A DNA stretch of 64,000 nt from assembly GCA_963815195.1 (NCBI GenBank), contig CAWFGE010000018.1:224001-288000 (forward strand), in the 5' to 3' direction. The DNA is from an uncultured Planctomycetaceae bacterium. Its GTDB lineage: Bacteria > Planctomycetota > Planctomycetia > Planctomycetales > Planctomycetaceae. The translations under genes and the position numbers were made by a program. This document shows, piece by piece, positions 10,975 to 18,461 of this stretch. The first letter of the stretch is position 1, and every line of letters starts with the position of its first letter. Below the pieces are notes generated by a model that did not search any database, was not told where the DNA came from, and saw only the letters and a program-made list of their open reading frames with translations.

Positions 10975-11352
10975 TCAACGGACGATGCGTTCGGATTCGA
11001 CCTTTGGGTAATGGCCGAAATTGACGAGCAACCCTAGTCTGTATCCCGTGCTTTTCAAATAGTTGTGGACTTGAGCGCGGTGTTCTTCGGCAAGTTGTTT
11101 CAGTGCTTTGATTTCAAGAATGACCTTTTCGAAGCAGATAAAGTCGGGAACATATTTCTGCTCCAGTACTCGGCCTTTGTATTTGAGATCAAGAGGTTGC
11201 TGAGCTCGAATGGGGATTCCTCTGCTCGCGAATTCCATTTGCAGACACTCTTGATAAACGGCTTCCAGAAATCCGCAACCCATTTCCGTATACACCTCAA
11301 AACAAGCCCCCATAATCTGGTAGCTCTCATTTTTTAGTGCAACCTCCGCCAT
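10975..11352 (-). CDS. GxxExxY protein (PD-(D/E)XK nuclease-like)
   Basis: GCGFLEAVYQE, YVPDFIC...VILEIKA, QVHNYLK and GLLVNFG motifs. Confidence 0.92.
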   Translation of the reverse strand: MAEVALKNESYQIMGACFEVYTEMGCGFLEAVYQECLQMEFASRGIPIRAQQPLDLKYKGRVLEQKYVPDFICFEKVILEIKALKQLAEEHRAQVHNYLKSTGYRLGLLVNFGHYPKVESERIVR

Positions 11353-11487
11353 TGATCTTCCCCCGACGAACAAGTAGGAACCCCCCCAATACCAGAAAGA
11401 TCAATATACGGTGAAACGTCCTGTTTTGAAGTGCGTTTTCTTATCCTTTTCGTGTATTTCGTGTGTTTCGTGGTCCCTTCCGTCGTC

Positions 11488-12351
11488 TCAATAAAGCGCC
11501 GTGGCCAGTTTGCGGCGGTAGGTGCTCACGATGGCGGAGCTTTGGCCGATGAGGTCGAAGATTTTCAGCATGGTCTCTTTCGCCTCCTGGCCGGCACCTT
11601 CGCGGTCGGCTTGGATGACTTCCAGGCACAGGTCCAAGGCTTCCTCGAACTTGCGGGACACCGCGAGCGCATCGGCGAGTTTGATTTTGAGCGCGAGGTC
11701 GCCGGGGTTCGCTTGAACGGCGGCCCGGGCTTCTTCGACGCCTCCGGTTTCCGCGGCGGCCGCGCGGAGATCGAGTTGGGACTTGAGCTGCTCGGCTTCA
11801 TCCTCCAGGTAGCCTCGGGTTTCCAGTTCGCTAATGATTTGCCGAGCTTCCTCATCCCGGCTTTGCGCGAGAAGCACCCGCGCGAGGCGAATGCGAATCG
11901 CATCGTTCGCGGGATCCGTCTGCGCGGCTTCGCGGTAACACTGCTCGGCGGACACGGGATCGCTGACTTCGAGTTCCTCGCCCCGGCGGAGGAGTTCCTC
12001 CTCGGCAGAAGGCATCAAGGCCTTCACCCATTCCCGAAGTTGCGGCTCCGGCAGCATGCCTTGAAACTGATCCACGGCCCGGCCTTCGTAAACCGCGAAC
12101 ACCGTCGGGATCGATTGCACCCCAAACGCGGCGGCGAGTTCCTGCTCCTCGTCGATGTTGACCTTCGCCAAAACAAGTTTTCCGCCGGCTTCGTTCACCA
12201 GCTTTTCCAGCACCGGACCCAACACCTGGCAGGGCTGGCACCAGGGGGCCCAGAAGTCGATCAGCACGGGGCATTTCATCGAGCGGTCCACGACCTCTTC
12301 TTGAAACGTGGCGGCCGTGGCGTTGATGATCCATGCAGAAGACTCGGGCAT
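11488..12351 (-). CDS. cnoX: Thioredoxin-TPR chaperedoxin (YbbN/CnoX)
   Basis: DFWAPWCQPC thioredoxin domain, VQSIPTV, TPR helices and C-terminal YRRKLATALY. Confidence 0.88.
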   Translation of the reverse strand: MPESSAWIINATAATFQEEVVDRSMKCPVLIDFWAPWCQPCQVLGPVLEKLVNEAGGKLVLAKVNIDEEQELAAAFGVQSIPTVFAVYEGRAVDQFQGMLPEPQLREWVKALMPSAEEELLRRGEELEVSDPVSAEQCYREAAQTDPANDAIRIRLARVLLAQSRDEEARQIISELETRGYLEDEAEQLKSQLDLRAAAAETGGVEEARAAVQANPGDLALKIKLADALAVSRKFEEALDLCLEVIQADREGAGQEAKETMLKIFDLIGQSSAIVSTYRRKLATALY

Positions 12352-12451
12352 GACGGGACTTTCGGAGCAAGCGACCGGGGAAGCGGACCTATTTTTTCCC
12401 TCAGTCTAGGAACTCTCCGAAGGGATTGAAACAATCCCGGGCCAGGCGCAT

Positions 12452-12547
12452 AAAAAAAGCGTCCCGAAACCGCACACGTTCCGAGACGCCTTTTTTAAGT
12501 TGAAAATGCTGACAAGTGCGGGCCAACTCCTGTCATCACTTTCCTCC
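12452..12547 (-). ncRNA. Candidate sigma54-dependent small RNA, copy 1 (~96 nt)
   Basis: Predicted RNA GGAGGAAAGUGAUGACAGG-AGUUGGCCCGCA-CUUGUCAGCAUUUUC, then terminator GCGUCUCGGAAC-GUGUGCG-GUUUCGGGACGC-U7. Paralogous to copy 2 with pairing-preserving substitutions. Confidence 0.7.
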
Positions 12548-12558
12548 AGCCATCAATT

Positions 12559-12573
12559 GCATGTTTCGTGCCA
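12559..12573 (-). promoter_or_regulatory. sigma54 (-24/-12) promoter for sRNA copy 1
   Basis: Minus strand TGGCACGAAACATGC has the GG-N10-GC spacing. Predicted +1 near 12547. Confidence 0.75.
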
Positions 12574-12676
12574 AACCAGAGGGTTAGTTGTTGTTTTGTT
12601 CGCAAGCCATTTTAGTATAACGACTTGAAGAATTATTTCATCCAAAAACCATTGGACTCTCGCTTTCCCAAGGGTG

Positions 12677-12727
12677 AAGCAAAACGCAACACTTGTGGCG
12701 AGATCGCCTCAAGCAAAATGCAACACT
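12677..12727. promoter_or_regulatory. Candidate enhancer-binding-protein sites (direct repeat)
   Basis: AAGCAAAACGCAACACT (12677-12693) and AAGCAAAATGCAACACT (12711-12727). A similar GCAACA pair lies at 12983 and 13023, upstream of copy 2. Confidence 0.5.
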
Positions 12728-12759
12728 CTTTGCCGATTCTCGAACAGGGAATCGGCAAC

Positions 12760-12853
12760 AAAAAAGCGTCCCGAAACCGCACACGTTTCGGAACGCCTTT
12801 GATGCAAGAATCGATGACAAGTGCGGGCCAACCCTTATCATCGCTTCTCACAG
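12760..12853 (-). ncRNA. Candidate sigma54-dependent small RNA, copy 2 (~94 nt)
   Basis: Predicted RNA GAGAAGCGAUGAUAAG-GGUUGGCCCGCA-CUUGUCAUCGAUUCUU, then terminator GCGUUCCGAAAC-GUGUGCG-GUUUCGGGACGC-U6. Confidence 0.7.
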
Positions 12854-12864
12854 TAAAACGGTTT

Positions 12865-12879
12865 GCACATAGAATGCCA
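12865..12879 (-). promoter_or_regulatory. sigma54 (-24/-12) promoter for sRNA copy 2
   Basis: Minus strand TGGCATTCTATGTGC has the GG-N10-GC spacing. Predicted +1 near 12851-12853. Confidence 0.72.
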
Positions 12880-13043
12880 AAACGGGCTACAATTCCGGCA
12901 TTATCCGTAAGTCCCTTTACACGAATCTGTTGTGTCAGTTTTTGGATGACGAGCCAACCCAGCGGACTTCCCGAAAAGTGTAGCAACATCAAACAGTTGC
13001 GGTCGCAGCCCGAATGCAGAATGCAACATTTTTTCGATGGGGC

Positions 13044-13997
13044 TTACTGGTCCCACAAGTTGCGCTGGGACGGATCGGCCGCTGGTTTTCGTTTTTGGTT
13101 TTGCGTTTGACGCTGGCGGTCTTCGAGTTTGATCCCGTCTTTGGTTTGGGGAGCACTGGCGAGCGGGTTCTCGGCCCCATCGAGCGGTTGGCCGGGGCGG
13201 ATTTCGCTCAATCGGCGGTTGGTTTGCTCGGCGTAGTCCGGCGAGAGTTCAAATCCCAAGAACCGGCGATTCAGTTTTTTGGCGACCGCCATTGTTGTGC
13301 CGCTGCCCGCGAAGGGATCGAGCACCAACTCGCCTTCGCGAGAGCAGGACCGCATGATTCGTCCCAGCACCTGTTCGGGCATTTGGCAGCCGTGCCAGCC
13401 TTTGCGTTCCTTGAAGGTCCCGTTGACCCGCGGGATGTACCAGGTGTCTTCGTGGGCTTGGAAACTCTCCGGGCAATCTTGGGGGCGGAGAATCCAGGTG
13501 TCGTCCGGCAATCGGCCATTGGGATTGGCCCGCTTGTCGCCGTAAACCAGTTGCCGGGCCGAGGGCACGCGGACCGCGGGGTCGTCGGCGTTGAAGGTGA
13601 AGGCTTTCGGATCTTTCACCATGTAAAACAGATGCACGTGGGACCGGCTGAATTTGTGTTTGCAATTCACCCCGAAGGTGTAGTACCAGACGACCCAACT
13701 CCGGCAGGAAAGCCCCAATTGCCGCTGCATGAGGACTTTCAGCTCGGCCGCAAACTCGTCGCCGATCGCCAGCCAGAACGTGCCGGCGGGTTTGAGCACC
13801 CGCTTGACCTCGGCCATCCAGTCGCAAGACCAGCGGAGATATTCCTCCGCCTCGCGCTGGTCGTCGTATTGGTCGTATTCGTAGCCGATGTTGAAAGGCG
13901 GATCGGCAAACGCCAAATCCACGCACTCCGCCGGCAGCGACCGCATCCCGGCGATGCAGTCCCCGTTGATAACTTGATCCACAGGCAATTCGGACAT
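13044..13997 (-). CDS. Orphan DNA N4-cytosine/N6-adenine methyltransferase (beta class)
   Basis: Catalytic DPPF precedes HGCQMP and the SAM-binding [11 protein letters not shown]. No adjacent restriction enzyme. Confidence 0.9.
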   Translation of the reverse strand: MSELPVDQVINGDCIAGMRSLPAECVDLAFADPPFNIGYEYDQYDDQREAEEYLRWSCDWMAEVKRVLKPAGTFWLAIGDEFAAELKVLMQRQLGLSCRSWVVWYYTFGVNCKHKFSRSHVHLFYMVKDPKAFTFNADDPAVRVPSARQLVYGDKRANPNGRLPDDTWILRPQDCPESFQAHEDTWYIPRVNGTFKERKGWHGCQMPEQVLGRIMRSCSREGELVLDPFAGSGTTMAVAKKLNRRFLGFELSPDYAEQTNRRLSEIRPGQPLDGAENPLASAPQTKDGIKLEDRQRQTQNQKRKPAADPSQRNLWDQ

Positions 13998-14306
13998 GGT
14001 GGTTTGGAGATTTTCGTTACGATAAGAAGAGGAATCGAAGCGACGGCAGGAGCATGTTAATGCAAATCGGTGTGCAACTGTAGGAATCGCTCGCCGGAAA
14101 TACACAGAATGCACTCGCCCCCACGCGGGCCGCGGTCGAGAGTCGGTTCTTCGGCAAGCCGCTCAAGAGCACGGGGCCTCTGCCGGTTACGTTGGTTTGA
14201 GAATGCTGTCGAAAGCTCATTTCTCGCACCAAAGGCGATTCGCATCCTTAAACGTCGATTGGGAGTAACCGGGGGGCTGACGCCCCGCGCTCGCCCTTTT
14301 GCACTT

Positions 14307-15326
14307 TTAAGAATCCATTGTTTTGCCCACGGCCTCGGCGATCAGCCGGCATTGGGCCATTGTGTCCCGGAACGCCGCGGGCGTGAGGGTCTGGGCTCCG
14401 TCACTGAGGGCGTCCGCGGGGTGCGGGTGCACTTCCAAAATCAGCCCGTCGCAGCCGGCGGCGACCGAGGCCCGGCACATGGAGGGCACCAACGAAGCGA
14501 TCCCGGTGCCGTGGCTGGGATCGACCACGATCGGCAAATGCGTCCGCTCTTGCAGATAAGGCACCGTGGCCAAAGGCAGCGTGAACCGCGTATGCGTCTC
14601 GAACGTGCGGATGCCTCGCTCGCAGAGCACGACCTGCTGGTTACCCTGATCGAGAATATATTCCGCCGCGAGCAAAAACTCGTCCATCGTCGCGGAGGGC
14701 CCGCGTTTGAGCAGCACCGGCTTGTTCGTTTCCCCGACCGCCTGGAGGAGATGATAGTTCTGCATGTTCCGCGCCCCGATTTGCAGCACGTCGGCGTATT
14801 CCGCGACGAGATCGACATGGTGCGGCGTCATCACTTCCGTCACCACCGCGAGTCCCGTGACATCGCGGGCGGCGGCGAGCAGCCGGAGTCCCTCTTCCTT
14901 CAATCCCTGGAACGAATAGGGGCTGGTGCGGGGCTTGAACGCGCCGCCTCTGAGGCCCTTCGCTCCCGCGTCTTTGACCGCGATCGCGGTCTCCATGATC
15001 TGCTCTTCGCTTTCCACGGAGCAAGGCCCCGCGATCACTCCGACGTGCCCGCCTCCCATCCGCAGGTCCCGCACCTCGACCACGGTGCCTTCGAGCTTGG
15101 TTTCCCGGCTGGCGACTTTGTACGGAGCAAGAATGGGCACGACTTTCTCCACTTCTTCGCAAGATTCCAGAGTTTCCCGTTCGCCGTTGCGTTTCTCGCC
15201 GATGGCGGCGATCACGGTGCGTTCGGTCCCGACAATCACATGGGCTTTGAGGCCCAGGGATTCCACACGCGCAGCCATCCGCTGCACCATTTCCTCCGTC
15301 GCATGGGGTTTCATAACGACAATCAT
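14307..15326 (-). CDS. aroF: 3-deoxy-7-phosphoheptulonate (DAHP) synthase, type I-beta, with N-terminal ACT-like regulatory domain
   Basis: [51 protein letters not shown] and SDGAQ. Confidence 0.95.
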   Translation of the reverse strand: MIVVMKPHATEEMVQRMAARVESLGLKAHVIVGTERTVIAAIGEKRNGERETLESCEEVEKVVPILAPYKVASRETKLEGTVVEVRDLRMGGGHVGVIAGPCSVESEEQIMETAIAVKDAGAKGLRGGAFKPRTSPYSFQGLKEEGLRLLAAARDVTGLAVVTEVMTPHHVDLVAEYADVLQIGARNMQNYHLLQAVGETNKPVLLKRGPSATMDEFLLAAEYILDQGNQQVVLCERGIRTFETHTRFTLPLATVPYLQERTHLPIVVDPSHGTGIASLVPSMCRASVAAGCDGLILEVHPHPADALSDGAQTLTPAAFRDTMAQCRLIAEAVGKTMDS

Positions 15327-15369
15327 GTTTTGAACCTTTTTCAGAAAAAGACAGCGGATGATTCAACGC

Positions 15370-15412
15370 AAAAACAAAAAAGGCTCTGAAATCGCGAGCG
15401 ATTTCAGAGCCT
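15370..15412 (-). terminator. Intrinsic terminator of the aroF attenuator
   Basis: Minus strand AGGCTCTGAAATCG-CTCG-CGATTTCAGAGCCT-TTTTTGTTTT: a perfect 14-bp stem plus U tract, ~45 nt upstream of aroF. Confidence 0.85.
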
Positions 15413-15432
15413 GGAGTTTTGGAAGGTGTGAG

Positions 15433-15564
15433 TCAGACCAGATTTGGTCCCTGTTCCCCGCCGGCTCGGAAACCGCGCCCCGTAAACCAAAAATAAAACC
15501 GCCACGCGCCCGCATTGACGGGAGCGGTCGTGGAAAAGTTTTGGGTTAAGAGGGAGGAGGACAT
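15433..15564 (-). CDS. Aromatic amino-acid leader peptide (43 aa) of the aroF attenuator
   Basis: Hand translation MSSSLLTQNFSTTAPVNAGAWRFYFWFTGRGFRAGGEQGPNLV*, with a Trp/Phe/Tyr cluster, ending just before the terminator. Confidence 0.85.
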   Translation of the reverse strand: MSSSLLTQNFSTTAPVNAGAWRFYFWFTGRGFRAGGEQGPNLV

Positions 15565-15611
15565 TTCAGGATTATTATTGCGGGTTTGTTGGTTCGTCTC
15601 ACCACCCCCTT

Positions 15612-15641
15612 AAGGTATCCGCGAACGGAAAGGAATGTCAA
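15612..15641 (-). promoter_or_regulatory. sigma70-type promoter for leader-aroF
   Basis: Minus strand TTGACA, 18-nt spacer, TACCTT, ~50 nt upstream of the leader ATG. Confidence 0.55.
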
Positions 15642-15774
15642 CTCAAAAAAATCCAATTCGCTCGGCGAGTTTTGATTTGGTTGGTATCTGCTGGCGGATT
15701 GGGTAATATCGGTGGGAGTTGATTTGTTTCGCGCTCCATGAAGTTTTAGGAAGCGGCCGGAATTGATGGGATCA

Positions 15775-17220
15775 ATGCAAAACCAAAGCGGGAACGACAG
15801 GGAACAGCGCGGCGGATTGATCGACCGCCGGGCGATGATCCAGGTGGGTTCGCTGGCGTTCGCCGGTTCGGTGCTGCCGGGGTTCGCGGCGGAATCGAAT
15901 GCGCCTCCGGTAACAATCGAACCAACGGGGACAGCGAAGCAGGTCTTGTTTCTGTGGATGGGCGGCGGGGTGACGCAGCTCGAATCCTTCGATCCCAAGC
16001 CTCTGGCCCCGGAGACCATTCGCGGCACGCTGGGGGCGATTTCAACCTCCCTCCCCGGCGTGCAGTTCGGCGAGCCGATGCCCCGGCTCGCGCGGATCGC
16101 GGGGGACTTGTGCGTCGTGCGCAGCTTCTCCCACGACAGCAACGACCATCTGCTCTCGCAGGTTTACACGCTCTCCGGGCGGAAAGTGAACCAGAGCGAC
16201 CTCTTCAAGCATCCGAACATCGGCTCGATCTTCTCCTATCTGTACGGCCCCCAAAACGGGCTGCCCGGTTACATCGCGGTGCCGGGGATCACCTGGCCGG
16301 GACCGCCGCCGCACAATCTGTTCGTGGGCGGCTGGCTGGGCGACCGTTATGCTCCGTTCGCGGTGGGCAACCCGCCGGAGTTCGCCAATTTCGTATCGGG
16401 GCCGAACCTCGAACATCCCGATCCGTTCAAGACCGAAGACCTTCGCCCCAAGGCCTTGAATCTTCCCGACGGTCTGTCGGCCGGGCGGCTGGATCGGCGG
16501 GTGGATTTGCTCAGCCGGCTTGATCAGACCGCAGCCTCGGCGGAAAAGACCCGGCCGGTCGCGGGAATGGAAGGGCATTACGAGTCGGCGATGAATCTGC
16601 TCACCGCGCCCGAAATTCGCGGAGCCTTCGACATCTCCCAGGAACCGGCCAATCTGCGGGACGAATACGGCCGGACGAAAATCGGCGGCCGCTGTCTGTT
16701 GGCCCGGCGGTTGATCGAAGCCGGGGCTCGGTTTGTGATGGTCGATTACGGTTACGATCCCGACTACGGCAACCTGTGGGACAACCACAACGCCGCCAGC
16801 CAGAAATTCCCGCACATCTCGGAAATGTGCCAGCGTCCTTACCATCTGGCCGGAATCGACCGCGCGTTTGCGGCACTCATCGCCGACCTCAAGAACCGAG
16901 GCCTCTTGGAAAGCACGCTGGTCCTGTTCCTCACCGAGTTCGGCCGGACGCCTAAGATCAACGCCCGCGGCGGCCGGGATCATTGGGGGGCGTGCGGTTC
17001 GATTTTCTTCACCGGCGGGGGGACCCGCGTGGGGCAAGTCATCGGAGCCAGCGACAAAGAGGCCGCGTATCCGACCACAAAAGGCTACACCCCCGCCGAC
17101 ATTGCGGCCACCATTTACCGGGCCGTCGGCCTCGAACTGGAACACCGCGTTTACGACCTGCAAAACCGCCCCTGGCCGATCCTCGGCGAAGGCCAGCCCA
17201 TCGACGGCGTGTTGGCATAA
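15775..17220 (+). CDS. DUF1501 domain protein (Tat-like signal)
   Basis: IDRRAMIQVG signal, LWMGGGVTQLESFDPKP, CLLARRLIEAGARFV, WDNH and EFGRTPKIN...GRDHW. Confidence 0.9.
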   Translation: MQNQSGNDREQRGGLIDRRAMIQVGSLAFAGSVLPGFAAESNAPPVTIEPTGTAKQVLFLWMGGGVTQLESFDPKPLAPETIRGTLGAISTSLPGVQFGEPMPRLARIAGDLCVVRSFSHDSNDHLLSQVYTLSGRKVNQSDLFKHPNIGSIFSYLYGPQNGLPGYIAVPGITWPGPPPHNLFVGGWLGDRYAPFAVGNPPEFANFVSGPNLEHPDPFKTEDLRPKALNLPDGLSAGRLDRRVDLLSRLDQTAASAEKTRPVAGMEGHYESAMNLLTAPEIRGAFDISQEPANLRDEYGRTKIGGRCLLARRLIEAGARFVMVDYGYDPDYGNLWDNHNAASQKFPHISEMCQRPYHLAGIDRAFAALIADLKNRGLLESTLVLFLTEFGRTPKINARGGRDHWGACGSIFFTGGGTRVGQVIGASDKEAAYPTTKGYTPADIAATIYRAVGLELEHRVYDLQNRPWPILGEGQPIDGVLA

Positions 17221-17264
17221 ATCCGATCGATCAACCCTGCGTCTATTTCATCGGGAGACTCGGC

Positions 17265-18344
17265 ATGCGGATGGCGTTGTTTGTTTTGCTCGTGCTGGTT
17301 TGCGTCCGGCCGGTCTCGGCGGCGGCTTGGGTTTATGTTTCCATCGCGGGCGAGAAGCGGATTGCGATTTATGACGTGAATCCCGCGACGGGAGAACTCG
17401 CCCATCGAACGAATGTCTCCACGCCGGGGGAACCGGGATCCCTCGCGACAAATCCCAAGAACCATTTCCTGTTTGGCTCCATGCGGTCCACGGGGGATTT
17501 GATGAGCTTTCGGTTGGACCCGGCGAACGGAAATCTGCACGCCCTCAGCCGGGTTCCCGCCGGGGCGGACCCCGCCTTCGTGGCGACCGACCGCACCGGC
17601 GCGTTTTTGCTGTCGGCGTACTATCAAGCCGGCAAGGTCGAGGTGCACCGCATCGGCCCAGACGGCCGCCTTTCGAACAAGCCCGTCATCAGCGTCAAAA
17701 CCGATGAGAAAGCCCACGCCATCCAGACGGAGGCCTCGAACCGGTTCGCCTTCGTGCCGCATACCGGACCGAATGCGATCTTTCAGTTCCTCTTCGATGA
17801 AAAGTCCGGCCGCCTGACGCCCAATCGGGTTCCCAAAGTCGAGACCGGCGCGCACACGGGGCCGAGGCATCTTGCCTTTCACCCGCAGCTCGACGTCGTG
17901 TATTTCGACAACGAACAAGGCAGCAGCGTCACCGCGTTTCGGCTGAACCGGGAGCAGGGGACGCTGGCCGCATTTCAAACGTTATCGACCCGGCCCGCGG
18001 ATTTCCCAAAGCAAAACTCGTGCGCCGATTTGGAGATTTCGCCGTCGGGGAAGTTTCTCTATGCCGCCAATCGCGGGCACGATAGTTTGGCCGGCTTTGC
18101 CGTGGATGCCGCCACCGGCGGGCTGACATCGCTGGGTCAAACTCCGACGGAAGCCACGCCCCGCTCGTTCAACATCACGCCCGACGGCAAGTTCTTGTAT
18201 GCCGCCGGCCAAAGTTCCGGCAAGTTGGCCGCCTATCGCCTCGACCCGAAAACCGGAGCGCTTTTCCGCTTTGCGACCTATGCCGTGGGAGAACGGCCGT
18301 GGTGGGTCCTGGCGGTTGAACTCAAGGAGCAGCCGAACGAATAA
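17265..18344 (+). CDS. Lactonase family 7-bladed beta-propeller (6-phosphogluconolactonase-like), secreted
   Basis: Signal peptide, then KAHAI, GPRHLAFHP, FLYAANRGHDS and PRSFNITPDG. Confidence 0.88.
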   Translation: MRMALFVLLVLVCVRPVSAAAWVYVSIAGEKRIAIYDVNPATGELAHRTNVSTPGEPGSLATNPKNHFLFGSMRSTGDLMSFRLDPANGNLHALSRVPAGADPAFVATDRTGAFLLSAYYQAGKVEVHRIGPDGRLSNKPVISVKTDEKAHAIQTEASNRFAFVPHTGPNAIFQFLFDEKSGRLTPNRVPKVETGAHTGPRHLAFHPQLDVVYFDNEQGSSVTAFRLNREQGTLAAFQTLSTRPADFPKQNSCADLEISPSGKFLYAANRGHDSLAGFAVDAATGGLTSLGQTPTEATPRSFNITPDGKFLYAAGQSSGKLAAYRLDPKTGALFRFATYAVGERPWWVLAVELKEQPNE

Positions 18345-18461
18345 GCCCGCTTTGCGGTTCGTCGCGATTTGCTCTCTCGAAGCGACCCGCTATAGTGAAA
18401 AAGCCGTTCTTCGACCGACAGACTTTGCACAAACCGCACACAGACGAGAGCCGATCCACCG

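Larger units (their letters stand above)
10407..11480. mobile_element. Putative repeat-bounded element carrying a GxxExxY nuclease and an AT-rich cargo ORF
   Basis: Left end AACCACGAAACACACGAAAAAAG (10407-10429). Inverted copies at ~10939-10967 and ~11447-11480. Both outer ends recur exactly at 62380 and 62531. Confidence 0.5.

Noticed and set aside
10407..11480. Integron attC cassette array or classical IS
   Set aside because: No integrase or DDE/HUH transposase is present, and I could not confirm attC box structure or a target-site duplication. Kept only as a putative repeat-bounded element.
12495..12841. Small peptides from the repeats (MTGVGPHLSAFST* after GGAGG; MIRVGPHLSSILASK...)
   Set aside because: The stop codon and length are not conserved (13 vs 67 aa), and copy 2 would read through its terminator. 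Substitutions preserve base pairing rather than amino acids. A dual-function RNA is not excluded.
12625..13110. ORFs 12625..13110 (+), 12633..12992 (-) and 12638..12841 (-)
   Set aside because: Atypical composition and no motifs. They overlap promoter, enhancer and terminator signals better explained as non-coding.
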